50,440 bases of DNA from Minisyncoccota bacterium (GCA_041660025.1 JBAZXD010000001.1:106059-156498), one strand, 5' to 3'. Numbered from the stretch's first letter, positions 27,010 to 35,781 are shown. A program made the numbers and translations. Notes: generated from the sequence alone by a model not told the origin.

Positions 27010-27942
27010 ATGACTATGGATTGGATGATCATCAAGCGGGTGCTCGTGAGCGGCTGGAAGAGCTTCGTCCGCGGCGGCGCCGTCTCGGCGGCGACGGTAC
27101 TCATTATGACCGTGACGCTCGCTATCATAGGCTCCCTCATCTTCGTCTCCGCGCTCCTCTCCTTCACGCTTGCGACTATCAGCGACAAAGTCGACGTGTC
27201 CGTCTACTTCGTTACCACCTCGAGCGAACAGGAGATATTCGCCGTGAAGGACCAGCTCGAGAAGTTGCCGCAGGTCGCAAGCGTCGGCTACACCTCAGCG
27301 GAGGAGGCGCTCGCCGCCTTCCGGGAGCGTCACGCGAATGATCAGCTCACGCTCCAGGCGCTGAACGAGCTCGGCGGCAACCCGCTCGACGCGTCGCTTG
27401 AGATACGCGCGAAGGACCCGTCGCAGTACGAGAGTATCGTGAACTTCCTCGAGGCGTCGCCGGCGCTCTCGGCGGGCGGTGCCTCCATCGTCGACCGCAT
27501 CAACTACGCGCAGAACAAAGACGTCATCGACCGGCTCTCGCTCGCGATACGCGCGACACGAGAGATCGGCTTCGCGGTCGTTATTCTCTTCGCGATAGCG
27601 TCGATACTCATCGCCTTCGCGACCGTCCGGCTCGCCATCTATACCGCCAAGGACGAGATAGCCGTGATGCGACTCGTGGGAGCGAGCAACGCGTACATCC
27701 AGGGACCATTCATCGTTACCGGCGTCGTTACCGGCGTTACCGCAGCCGCCCTTGTCCTGTTCCTTTTGTGGCCGGCGACGTGGTACGCGGGAACGAAGAC
27801 CGTGGGGTGGTTCGGCGGATTCAACCTCGCGAGCTATTATGCGGACCACTTCGTCCTCATCTTTTTCATACTCATACTCTCGGGCCTCGCGCTCGGCGCG
27901 GTGGCATCCGTGTTCGCTATTCGTAAGTATCTGAATATTTAG
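27010..27942 (+). CDS. ftsX: Cell division permease FtsX
   Basis: Four-TM layout, NPLDASL, EIAVMRLVGASNAYIQGPF. Confidence 0.92.
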   Translation: MTMDWMIIKRVLVSGWKSFVRGGAVSAATVLIMTVTLAIIGSLIFVSALLSFTLATISDKVDVSVYFVTTSSEQEIFAVKDQLEKLPQVASVGYTSAEEALAAFRERHANDQLTLQALNELGGNPLDASLEIRAKDPSQYESIVNFLEASPALSAGGASIVDRINYAQNKDVIDRLSLAIRATREIGFAVVILFAIASILIAFATVRLAIYTAKDEIAVMRLVGASNAYIQGPFIVTGVVTGVTAAALVLFLLWPATWYAGTKTVGWFGGFNLASYYADHFVLIFFILILSGLALGAVASVFAIRKYLNI

Positions 27943-27948
27943 TCCGGT

Positions 27949-29628
27949 ATGGCGAAAGAAGGTCACAAATACATATTCGTCCTCGGCGGGGTGATGAGCG
28001 GCGTCGGGAAGGGCGTCGTCACGAGTTCGCTCGGTCTCCTGCTCCAGCAGAAAGGGTATCCCGTGAACCTGGTAAAGGTCGACCCGTACCTGAACGTCGA
28101 CGCAGGAACGATGAATCCGACCGAGCACGGCGAGGTGTTCGTGCTCCGGAGCGGTATGGAGACCGACCAGGATATGGGCAACTATGAGCGCTTCCTCGGC
28201 CGCGATCTCACCAACGAGGATTATATGACGAGCGGGATGGTGTACCAGTCGGTCATCGCGCGCGAACGCTCCCTCGGCTACGGCGGCAAGTGCGTCGAGG
28301 CTGTGCCGCACGTACGCGACGAGATCCTTCGGCGCATCGAGGCCGCGGCTTCCTACAACGGAAGCCGCGTTTCGGTTATCGAGATCGGCGGCACCATCGG
28401 CGACTTCCAGAATGCGCTCTTCATCGAGGCGGCGCGCGTGCTCAAGATGCAGCACCCCGAGGATGTGCTCTTCGTGATGGTCTCCTATCTACCGACACCG
28501 GGTACCTTGGGCGAGATGAAGACGAAGCCGACTCAGATGGCAGTGCGCGACCTCAATTCCTACGGCGTCCAACCGGACTTCATCGTCGCGCGCTCGAAGG
28601 AGCCGGTCGACGAGAAGCGCAAGGAGAAGCTCGCTATCTGGTGCAACGTGCGCAAGGACCGTATCATCAGCGCGCCGGATATCTCGAGCATCTACGAGGC
28701 ACCGCTCAACTTCGAGAAGGATGCACTCGGCGACGCGGTACTTGATGCGCTGAAGCTCCCCGCGAAGAAGAAGGCGTCCTTGGCCGCCTGGAAGAAGTTT
28801 GCGCGCTCCGCCACCAATACGAAAGCGCCGGAGATCACCATAGCCATCGTCGGGAAATATTTTGATACAGGAAGCTTCGTGCTCTCCGACGCCTACCTCT
28901 CAGTCATCGAAGCTATCAAGTTCTCTGCGGCGAAGCTCGGTCGCCGCGTGAGCATTACCTGGGTGAATTCGAAAGATCTTGAAAAAGGCCTGCCTGCCGG
29001 TAGGCAGGGGGGAGGCCGGGCGGTCGCCGCGCTCGGGAAGTATCACGGCATCATCGTGCCCGGCGGCTTCGGCGAAAGCGGCATCGAGGGGAAGCTACGG
29101 GCGATACAGTTCGCGCGCGAACACAAGATCCCGTACTTCGGCCTCTGCTACGGTATGCAACTGATGGTCATCGAGTATGCGCGGAACGTCCTGAAGCTCA
29201 AGAACGCCCACACGACCGAGATACAGAAGAATTCCGAAGACCCGGTGGTTGATGTGATGCTCGAACAGAAGAAGCATCTCGCCGATAATAAATACGGCGG
29301 CACGATGCGTCTCGGCTCCTACCCCTGCTACCTGAAGAAGAACACGCTCGCGCGCGCCGCGTATAAGAAAGAGCTGGTGGATGAGCGTCATCGCCACCGC
29401 TACGAGATAAATTCAAGCTACGTGAAGCCGCTCGAAGAGGCCGGACTTGTCTTCTCGGGCACGAGTCCCGACGGCGTCCTGATGGAGATCGCGGAGCTCC
29501 CGCGCTCGACACATCCCTTTATGCTCGGGACGCAGTTCCACCCGGAGTTCCAGGCGCGCCCGCTTGCGCCGCACCCTTTGTTTACCGAGTTCCTCCGCGC
29601 CGCCATTTCCCGCAAAAGGAAGAAATAA
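27949..29628 (+). CDS. pyrG: CTP synthase
   Basis: GGVMSGVGKG, DPYLNVDAGTMNP, GLCYGMQ, HRHRYE, QFHPE. Confidence 0.98.
   Translation: MAKEGHKYIFVLGGVMSGVGKGVVTSSLGLLLQQKGYPVNLVKVDPYLNVDAGTMNPTEHGEVFVLRSGMETDQDMGNYERFLGRDLTNEDYMTSGMVYQSVIARERSLGYGGKCVEAVPHVRDEILRRIEAAASYNGSRVSVIEIGGTIGDFQNALFIEAARVLKMQHPEDVLFVMVSYLPTPGTLGEMKTKPTQMAVRDLNSYGVQPDFIVARSKEPVDEKRKEKLAIWCNVRKDRIISAPDISSIYEAPLNFEKDALGDAVLDALKLPAKKKASLAAWKKFARSATNTKAPEITIAIVGKYFDTGSFVLSDAYLSVIEAIKFSAAKLGRRVSITWVNSKDLEKGLPAGRQGGGRAVAALGKYHGIIVPGGFGESGIEGKLRAIQFAREHKIPYFGLCYGMQLMVIEYARNVLKLKNAHTTEIQKNSEDPVVDVMLEQKKHLADNKYGGTMRLGSYPCYLKKNTLARAAYKKELVDERHRHRYEINSSYVKPLEEAGLVFSGTSPDGVLMEIAELPRSTHPFMLGTQFHPEFQARPLAPHPLFTEFLRAAISRKRKK
28989..29008. 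repeat. Small palindrome CCTGCCT-GCCGGT-AGGCAGG in frame in pyrG (encodes LPAGRQ)
   Basis: 7-bp perfect arms inside a surface-loop-like stretch KGLPAGRQGGG. Confidence 0.75.
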
Positions 29629-29634
29629 TTTTGC

Positions 29635-30411
29635 TTACTGCTTCAGCCCAAGACCTTTCTTAAGGAAGTACACATTCACACCGAGGAGGACGAGCATCAG
29701 TGCGAGGAGAACGAGAAAGCAGGTGAGAAGCGGGACGTCGCTTGTGCCGAGGAATCCGTAGCGGAAGCCGTTGATGATATAGAATACGGGATTGAACAGC
29801 GACACTGTCTGCCAGACGGGTGGGAGCGAGTGTATCGAGTAGAACACGCCACCGAGATAGACGAGCGGAGTGAGCACAAAGGTCGGAACGATAGAGACAC
29901 CATCGAAGCTCTTCGCATAGATGCCGTTAATGAGTCCGCCGAGTGCGAAGACGAGGCTCGAGAGAAGGAGGAAGAGTAGTACGACGAGCGGATGGGCGAC
30001 GGAGGGGAGTGCGAAGAAGAGCGAGACGAGCATCACCAGAGCGCCGACCAGCATCCCGCGGACGACGCCGCTCGCGATGAAGCCGGCGATGATAACGCTC
30101 GGCGGCGTGGGCGAGACGAGTATCTCATCGATGTTGCGCGAGAAGAACTTAGAAACGAAGAAGGTCGTCGCCACATCCATATATGAGTTTGTAATGACCG
30201 CGAGCATCACGAGGCCCGGCACGACGAAGAGAATGTAGGGAACGCCATTCAACTCTCCGATCCGCGAGCCGAGGATACTGCCGAAGACGGCGAAGTAGAG
30301 CACCGAGGTAACCACAGAGGGGAGGAGTGTCTGCGGCCAGATGCGCAGGATGCGCACGACGCCCTTGCGCAGGATGGTATAGAAGGAGATGAATTGTTTT
30401 TCTATCGGCAT
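29635..30411 (-). CDS. ABC-2 transporter permease (YadH-like)
   Basis: RIWPQTLLP, FVVPGLVMLAVITNSY, PLVYLGGVFYSI. Confidence 0.92.
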   Translation of the reverse strand: MPIEKQFISFYTILRKGVVRILRIWPQTLLPSVVTSVLYFAVFGSILGSRIGELNGVPYILFVVPGLVMLAVITNSYMDVATTFFVSKFFSRNIDEILVSPTPPSVIIAGFIASGVVRGMLVGALVMLVSLFFALPSVAHPLVVLLFLLLSSLVFALGGLINGIYAKSFDGVSIVPTFVLTPLVYLGGVFYSIHSLPPVWQTVSLFNPVFYIINGFRYGFLGTSDVPLLTCFLVLLALMLVLLGVNVYFLKKGLGLKQ

Positions 30412-30414
30412 AGT

Positions 30415-31182
30415 TTAGGCGTCGCTGGTGAGCTGAACGAACACCTCTTCGAGCCGCCCGCCGCCATAGCCGCTTACGGGCGCGGTCTTGTCATGGAGCG
30501 CGAGGATCTCTTCCATCGTGCCCTGCGCGACAATTTCGCCTTTGTTGATGATGGCGACGTGCTTTGCAAGGCGCTCCGCCTCCTCGAGATAGTGCGTGGT
30601 GAGGAGTATCGTGATGCCTTCTTTCGTGAGGGAGGTGAGGTAGTCCCACATACTCCGGCGGAGCTCGACATCGACGCCGGCGGTGGGCTCATCGAGGATG
30701 AGGAACTTCGGCTCGTGAATGAGCGCCCGAGCGATCATCAGCCGGCGCTTCATCCCGCCCGAGAGCTTCCAGCCTATCTGGTCGTTCTTGTCTGCGAGGC
30801 CGAGGTCCTCGAGGAGCCTCTTCGCGCGCGGGAGAGCGACAGAGCGCGGGATGCCGTAATAGCCCGCCTGGTTCACGAGCACATCAAGCGGCTTCATCCA
30901 CGGGTCGAAGTTTATCTCCTGCCCGCAGAGCCCGATGAGCGCTCGGGCGCGCTCGGGCTCCCGGTCGATATTAATGCCGAACACTTCCGCGGTTCCTCCG
31001 GTCTTGGTCACAAGGCCGGTGATGATGCCGATGAGAGTTGTCTTGCCCGCGCCGTTGGGGCCAAGCAGGGCGAAGAGCTCTCCCGTGGGTATCGTGAGCG
31101 AGACGCCCTTGAGCGCCTCAGTACCGCCCGCGTAGCGCTTCATCAGGTCGGTCACGACGAGTGCGTCTGTAGCCTTCTGCAT
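30415..31182 (-). CDS. ABC transporter ATP-binding protein (YadG-like)
   Basis: GPNGAGKTT, LSGGMKRR, LDEPTAG. True start MQKATD at 31182; the listed 504-aa ORF is an upstream run-on. Confidence 0.92.
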   Translation of the reverse strand: MQKATDALVVTDLMKRYAGGTEALKGVSLTIPTGELFALLGPNGAGKTTLIGIITGLVTKTGGTAEVFGINIDREPERARALIGLCGQEINFDPWMKPLDVLVNQAGYYGIPRSVALPRAKRLLEDLGLADKNDQIGWKLSGGMKRRLMIARALIHEPKFLILDEPTAGVDVELRRSMWDYLTSLTKEGITILLTTHYLEEAERLAKHVAIINKGEIVAQGTMEEILALHDKTAPVSGYGGGRLEEVFVQLTSDA

Positions 31183-31236
31183 AGTTGATGGAGTATAACA
31201 AACTTCCGTATCTAGAGTCTGCGGTATACTGAGCGT

Positions 31237-31773
31237 ATGAATATCCACCCTTTGTTCGTGCATTTCCCGATAGGGCTTCTCGTCGCGTATTCGGTGCTTG
31301 AGCTCGGCGCATACCTCTTTCCGGCGCTTCGCCGACAGGCCTGGCTCTTCCCGGTAAACGCGTTCCTCCTCTTCGTCGGCATCCTGGCCGCGTTCGCGAC
31401 ACTTGTCACGGGCGATATGGCCGAGGAGCTTATCGAGACGGCGGGGGACCCGAACGGCGCGCTCGTCGAGACCCATTCCTCGTTCGCCGCGACAACGACG
31501 CTTCTCTACCTCGTCCTTGCGGCGGCGTATCTCAATCGTATATTCGACAGAAAGGGATGGTTTACTCTCGTCATCGGGACAAACCGTTTCCTCGCGTGGG
31601 GATGGAACGTGAAAAAATACCTCGCACACCTCATTCTCGACACGTGGCTTCTGCCCGTGCTCGCGCTTATCGCGCTTATCGGAATGACGATTACGGGCGG
31701 TCTCGGCGCGGCCATCGTCTACGGCCCGAATGTCGATCCTCTCGTCTCGTTCATCTACCAACTCTTCTTCTAG
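31237..31773 (+). CDS. DUF2231-like membrane protein
   Basis: HPLFVHFPIGLL N-terminus, TGGLGAAIVYG C-terminus. Confidence 0.8.
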   Translation: MNIHPLFVHFPIGLLVAYSVLELGAYLFPALRRQAWLFPVNAFLLFVGILAAFATLVTGDMAEELIETAGDPNGALVETHSSFAATTTLLYLVLAAAYLNRIFDRKGWFTLVIGTNRFLAWGWNVKKYLAHLILDTWLLPVLALIALIGMTITGGLGAAIVYGPNVDPLVSFIYQLFF

Positions 31774-31783
31774 TTTTATTCGG

Positions 31784-31949
31784 GCTGCCAGACTTGGACT
31801 ACGAGTACGTTTTTCGAAACGTACCGTTTCAGTACACCTTGTGGATTTTCTGTTCGCTTCGCTCCATAAAATGCTCACAAGGTCTTCGAATCCAAGCCGC
31901 AGGCGTCCCACACCTGCTTCTGGCAGCAAAAACGCTGCGCTTATTTTTG
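31784..31949 (-). repeat. Inverted and direct copies of the tRNA-Gln 3' end around a multi-hairpin element
   Basis: 31919-31932 pairs with 31944-31957; 31885-31896 pairs with 31958-31969; 31784-31798 is a direct copy of 31949-31963. Confidence 0.85.
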
Positions 31950-32020
31950 CTGCCAGACTTGGATTCGAACCAAGATACTCAGATTCAGAGTCTGAGGTCC
32001 TACCATTAGACGATCTGGCA
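31950..32020 (-). tRNA. tRNA-Gln(CTG)
   Basis: TGCCAGA/TCTGGCA acceptor, TCAGA-CTCTGAA-TCTGA anticodon arm, CTTGG-TTCGAAT-CCAAG T arm. Confidence 0.96.
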
Positions 32021-32171
32021 ATAAGAACACTTTATTCTTGCCAATCGTCTTTTGGGAGGACGTGTCCTACTAGCAAGTGAGCCGAGCCAAATACGAAAGT
32101 CTTCTTTTGTATTTGTGAGGCGAACGCAGCTAGAAAGCCCGGAGGGCTTACCATTAGACGATCTGGCAATA
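32021..32171 (-). repeat. Inverted and direct copies of the tRNA-Gln 5' end around a multi-hairpin element
   Basis: 32149-32171 is an exact 23-bp copy of 32001-32023; 32038-32050 is an inverted copy of 32008-32021 with a 1-nt gap. Confidence 0.85.
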
Positions 32172-32245
32172 GCACGGCACTCCGGTGCCGTGCTCCTTAG
32201 ACGATACGTTAAAAGCCCGGTTTATTCAATATATTCAGGGGGTCT

Positions 32246-32274
32246 TGACTTTAAAACCCCCTCTGTGTAGTATC
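32246..32274 (+). promoter_or_regulatory. Sigma70-type promoter
   Basis: TTGACT-17-TAGTAT; the -35 sits inside a GGGGGT/ACCCCC inverted repeat. Confidence 0.6.
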
Positions 32275-32374
32275 TCCCAGTCGACCCTTTCGGGCCGATT
32301 TCGCGTTTTGTCCCCGACCTATGGGAGGAGGCAAGACTTTTGCACATTCACTCATCAAAAAGAAGGAGTTACCC

Positions 32375-32674
32375 ATGCCCAGGAATCAACGCAATAAAAC
32401 CGCCCATCTGGTCTCAGTTGCCATCGGCGGCATTTCGTTCAAGATGGTACCGAACAGCATCGACAAGAAGCTGCGCGAACCGCTCCACGGCGAATTCAAA
32501 GGCGAGAAGGTCAACAGTCCCGCGATGCTCAAGCTCGGCACCAAGCCCAGCGATAGCGTCATCGTGTGGCCCGATGAGAACAAGCCCCAGGCCTATGCGA
32601 TGAGCATCGCCGCCGCCGGCGTGTTCTCGACCAAGTTCCTCGAATCCGAAGGCAAGTCTCTCGCCGCGACCTAA
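32375..32674 (+). CDS. Hypothetical basic protein (99 aa)
   Basis: AAGGAG SD before ATG 32375; followed by two hairpins. Confidence 0.75.
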   Translation: MPRNQRNKTAHLVSVAIGGISFKMVPNSIDKKLREPLHGEFKGEKVNSPAMLKLGTKPSDSVIVWPDENKPQAYAMSIAAAGVFSTKFLESEGKSLAAT

Positions 32675-32731
32675 CCGGGCACCGGCGCGCGGCCAGCAGC
32701 AAACCGGCGGGCACGAGCCCGCCGGCCAACC

Positions 32732-32772
32732 ACAGGCAGTTTCCCTCCGGGGGAACTGCCTGTTAACTTTTT
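32732..32772 (+). terminator. Palindrome family 2, copy 1 (terminator-like)
   Basis: ACAGGCAGTTTCCC-TCCG-GGGGAACTGCCTGT-TAACTTTTT. Confidence 0.75.
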
Positions 32773-32879
32773 CTATCAGACCATTTACATCCTGGGAGCG
32801 AGGTATAGGATGTGCGAGGAATCTAGCCAGTTACTGCGAGCGCAGTAACTTTTCACTAACGAGCATGAGGAGGAGGGCG

Positions 32880-33566
32880 ATGTCAAAGCTATCTGAATTA
32901 CCGACAAGAAGCGTCGCTGGGACCGCGTACGGAGGGGCAGCACAAAAGAGTAATCCGCAGTTCTATAGCGGAAGCAACAAACAGACGCCCGGGCGACAAA
33001 GGAAGCTTCCCACAGAGGACTTCACGTGGCGCGGTCCTGAGAGAACTATCGCCAAGGCCGAAAAGAGTGCGACCCCCGCAGTCGTTACTAAGGCCAAAGA
33101 GAGCAGGGCTCCTGTCGTGAAGACAAAGCCCGTTGTCGAAGTAAAGAAAGAACCGGAAGCCGTTGCGGCTCCTGCGGTTGTCGAGGATGTGCATATCGCC
33201 GGAGTTCCTCTCACTGTCGATACGGGGCTCATTCCATGGGTACCAAAAAGGAGGACGTATTACGTTACCTCCAATCATCGGCGGCTCCTGGGTACCGTGA
33301 AAGAGCTCTTGCTCGATCCGCTCCTGGACTTCAGTCTTCTCTATGAAGTTCTGTATGACTATCTGCAGAGCCACAAGCCCGAAGAAAGGTATGTGCGGTT
33401 TTTCCTCATCGCAACGGGCGTTGTCTCGGGGCGGAAAAGGGAACTGGGTACCTTCATCAAGCTCAGACAGCAAGGGCGAGAAACTGACCTCGTCCTGCCG
33501 CACTCCTTTTTAAAGAGTTGCAAGCAGACAGTCCGGAGTACGAATCTCAGCTCCAAGTTCTTCTGA
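32880..33566 (+). CDS. Hypothetical protein with low-complexity basic N-terminus
   Basis: AGGAGGAGG SD; terminator follows the stop. Confidence 0.7.
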   Translation: MSKLSELPTRSVAGTAYGGAAQKSNPQFYSGSNKQTPGRQRKLPTEDFTWRGPERTIAKAEKSATPAVVTKAKESRAPVVKTKPVVEVKKEPEAVAAPAVVEDVHIAGVPLTVDTGLIPWVPKRRTYYVTSNHRRLLGTVKELLLDPLLDFSLLYEVLYDYLQSHKPEERYVRFFLIATGVVSGRKRELGTFIKLRQQGRETDLVLPHSFLKSCKQTVRSTNLSSKFF

Positions 33567-33580
33567 TCCGTTGTCAGACC

Positions 33581-33607
33581 GAAGCCCCGCCCGGGGCTTC
33601 TCTTTTT
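33581..33607 (+). terminator. Intrinsic terminator
   Basis: GAAGCCCC-GCCC-GGGGCTTC-TCTTTTT. Confidence 0.8.
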
Positions 33608-33644
33608 ACTGTAGCTGGCGCGGCATAAGTGATATAGTTCCCGG

Positions 33645-34160
33645 ATGAAGAAAATTATTACGATAGTGGTGCTTGTTGCAGTGGTCGCCGGCGGAGCGTG
33701 GTACTGGATAAGCAGGGAGCCAGCGGCTCCGACTTTCCTCATCGAGGGTCAGCCGATACTGCTCGTGGACGGTCGGGCAGAGACCGACGCCGCGCCCGGC
33801 GCGGCGTCGAAGACGGTAACGCAATATTTCGGCAATGTCGCGACCGGGGACCTCAGCGGCGACGGCGCGCCTGACATCGCGTTCCTCCTCACACAGAATA
33901 GCGGCGGGAGCGGGACCTTCTACTACGTCGTCGCGACGCTCGTCGCCGCAGACGGTAGCTATCAGGGCACGAACGCTATTTTGCTCGGCGACCGCATCGC
34001 GCCACAGACGACCGAGATACGAGACGGGATGCTGATAGTGAATTATGCGGAGCGCAGACCGAGCGAGCCGATGACTACTCAGCCGTCCTTGGGCGTGAGC
34101 AAATATCTGAGGGTAGAGGGCACGACGCTCGTCGAAGTCTCGCCCCCGGCTCTGAACTAA
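33645..34160 (+). CDS. Membrane-anchored extracellular protein with FG-GAP-like motif
   Basis: N-terminal anchor, GDLSGDGAPD, SGGSGTFYY, LGDRIAP. Confidence 0.75.
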   Translation: MKKIITIVVLVAVVAGGAWYWISREPAAPTFLIEGQPILLVDGRAETDAAPGAASKTVTQYFGNVATGDLSGDGAPDIAFLLTQNSGGSGTFYYVVATLVAADGSYQGTNAILLGDRIAPQTTEIRDGMLIVNYAERRPSEPMTTQPSLGVSKYLRVEGTTLVEVSPPALN

Positions 34161-34181
34161 ATCCACGAGGCTCCGCCTCGC

Positions 34182-34216
34182 GCCAAACGGCTCAGACGGG
34201 GTCTGAGCCGTTTGGC
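34182..34216. repeat. REP-like palindrome family 1, copy 2
   Basis: GCCAAACGGCTCAGAC-GGG-GTCTGAGCCGTTTGGC. Confidence 0.9.
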
Positions 34217-34303
34217 TGGAATTTAGAGCTCGACATTTCTCGGCACCCGCTGTACCTTTCTGCCTAGGTAGCCCAATCACCCCCCTATGAAAGGAGAAAA
34301 GTC

Positions 34304-35125
34304 ATGGGACAGGTCTTTACATGGGATTCCATCCAAGCCGGAAGGGTCCCGAAATTAGAAAGCTTCCATCGTGTTGCGGCGGACTTGCGCGAGACACTCT
34401 CGAACGAGTCATCTGTAGTGAGCGCCCTCCTCTTCGGTTCCGTCGTGCGCGGCGACTTCAACATCCGAAGCGATGTCGACTGCATCGTTCTATATGAGAC
34501 AGGAGGGCAGAATTCGGCTGTGGGGGCCATGCACCACGTCGACCGGATGGCGCACGCACTACACGTGCCTATCAACTACACGCCGTGCGATACGGCGCTG
34601 GCGAGAACTCGCCTCCATGTCGTCGGAACATCGTTCGTTCGGCACTTACAATGTGCGATAGACGCTGGCGGGCTCATCAAGGGCAACCTTGCCGATTTGC
34701 TCGCACCGACGGTACCCGTGGCGCAGGAGCTCGAGTCGTACATCTCGAGGAAAATGTACAGCCTGCAGGCGGCGCTGGCGCAGATGGCCTCTTTCGATGA
34801 AAAGGAGCTCGCAAGGTTCTTCAGAAAGGCGCTTGAAGCTCCGATGCATATAGCACGTAAGATGCTCATCTACGAAGGCACTCTGGAAGGCGATTCCAAG
34901 CAGGATGTCCGAACGCGTTATCGGGAGACGATGCCGACGTATCTCGGAGAGCAGTTCGATTATCTGCTCAGCGTGGATTCCCACTACAGCCTGGAGCTCG
35001 GGCTCCAACTGGAAATCCAGGATCAGGAGCAGTACTCCGACGCGCTCGTCTCGCTTCAATCGGAACTACCGAAAGTGCTCGAGTTCCTCCGCGCGAACAT
35101 TCTCCGGCTCAATGATGCTCGCTAA
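34304..35125 (+). CDS. Pol-beta superfamily nucleotidyltransferase with helical C-terminal domain
   Basis: FGSVVRGDFNIRSDVD motif; AAGGAG SD. Confidence 0.85.
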   Translation: MGQVFTWDSIQAGRVPKLESFHRVAADLRETLSNESSVVSALLFGSVVRGDFNIRSDVDCIVLYETGGQNSAVGAMHHVDRMAHALHVPINYTPCDTALARTRLHVVGTSFVRHLQCAIDAGGLIKGNLADLLAPTVPVAQELESYISRKMYSLQAALAQMASFDEKELARFFRKALEAPMHIARKMLIYEGTLEGDSKQDVRTRYRETMPTYLGEQFDYLLSVDSHYSLELGLQLEIQDQEQYSDALVSLQSELPKVLEFLRANILRLNDAR

Positions 35126-35144
35126 CCGGCGGCATCAAACAATC

Positions 35145-35212
35145 ACAGGCGGTTTCCCCGAAGGGGAAACCGCCTGTTAACTTTTGTGAGCAAGGGCTAC
35201 CCTTGCTCACAA
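35145..35212. terminator. Palindrome family 2, copy 2, plus a second hairpin, between convergent genes
   Basis: ACAGGCGGTTTCCCC-GAA-GGGGAAACCGCCTGT-TAACT, then TTGTGAGCAAGGG-CTA-CCCTTGCTCACAA. Confidence 0.8.
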
Positions 35213-35236
35213 TGGAAAGAAATAGGAAGTCGGTAC

Positions 35237-35644
35237 TTAGAATTTGATGACCGGGTACGCGGCTATAAGTTTTTCCGCATCGGCGGCTCTGCCCTCTATG
35301 CGAAGCACTTCAGCGAGTATCTGCTGGTCGCCTCGCAATAGCTCGGAGGAGATATCACGGTCGCTTCGAAGAACGGAATACAGAATGAGCGATTCAGGCG
35401 ATAGCGTTATCTCCGCCTGTCTCGCATACGTTGTGGCATTTGTGGCATAGACCTCATTGACCTTCACACTCGGGTCTTCTGCGGCATTCTTGATTCGCTC
35501 AAATTCCTCTCTCTTCAGGTGTCCGCCCGGCAGGGCGGAGTATGCGGCAAAATCATTAATATAGACTACCTCCGCGCTTTCCTGCGCTTCAGGTTTCCTA
35601 GGTTCATTCGACTCTGGCTGAATCCTTTCGGCGCCTTCTTTCAT
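35237..35644 (-). CDS. Hypothetical protein
   Basis: 135-aa ORF with AAGGAG-like internal composition and plausible start; no motif recognised. Confidence 0.6.
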   Translation of the reverse strand: MKEGAERIQPESNEPRKPEAQESAEVVYINDFAAYSALPGGHLKREEFERIKNAAEDPSVKVNEVYATNATTYARQAEITLSPESLILYSVLRSDRDISSELLRGDQQILAEVLRIEGRAADAEKLIAAYPVIKF

Positions 35645-35683
35645 ATGATTTTTTGCTATGTAATTAGCGTACGTCTAGTATAT

Positions 35684-35724
35684 CACCGGCGGTTTCCCCC
35701 TCGGGGAAACCGCCCTTTAACTTT
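35684..35724 (+). repeat. Palindrome family 2, copy 3
   Basis: CACCGGCGGTTTCCCC-CTC-GGGGAAACCGCC-CTTTAACTTT. Confidence 0.75.
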
Positions 35725-35758
35725 GAATGGCTCGGACGCCACGTTGATTGTGTACAAA

Positions 35759-35781
35759 TATTTTGCAAAAGACTGCAATAG
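35759..35781 (+). promoter_or_regulatory. 23-bp operator-like direct repeat, also present at 36056-36078
   Basis: TATTTTGCAAAAGACTGCAATAG, identical in both places; contains TTGCA-N6-TGCAA. Confidence 0.7.

Noticed and set aside
31784-31798. tRNA-Gln 3' duplicate as attR of an integrated element
   Set aside because: Only about 150 bp separate it from the tRNA and there is no integrase; reported instead as part of the mirror structure.
30415-31929. 504-aa minus-strand ORF
   Set aside because: Only the part from 31182 is an ABC ATPase; the rest is antisense to the DUF2231-like gene and the tRNA flank.
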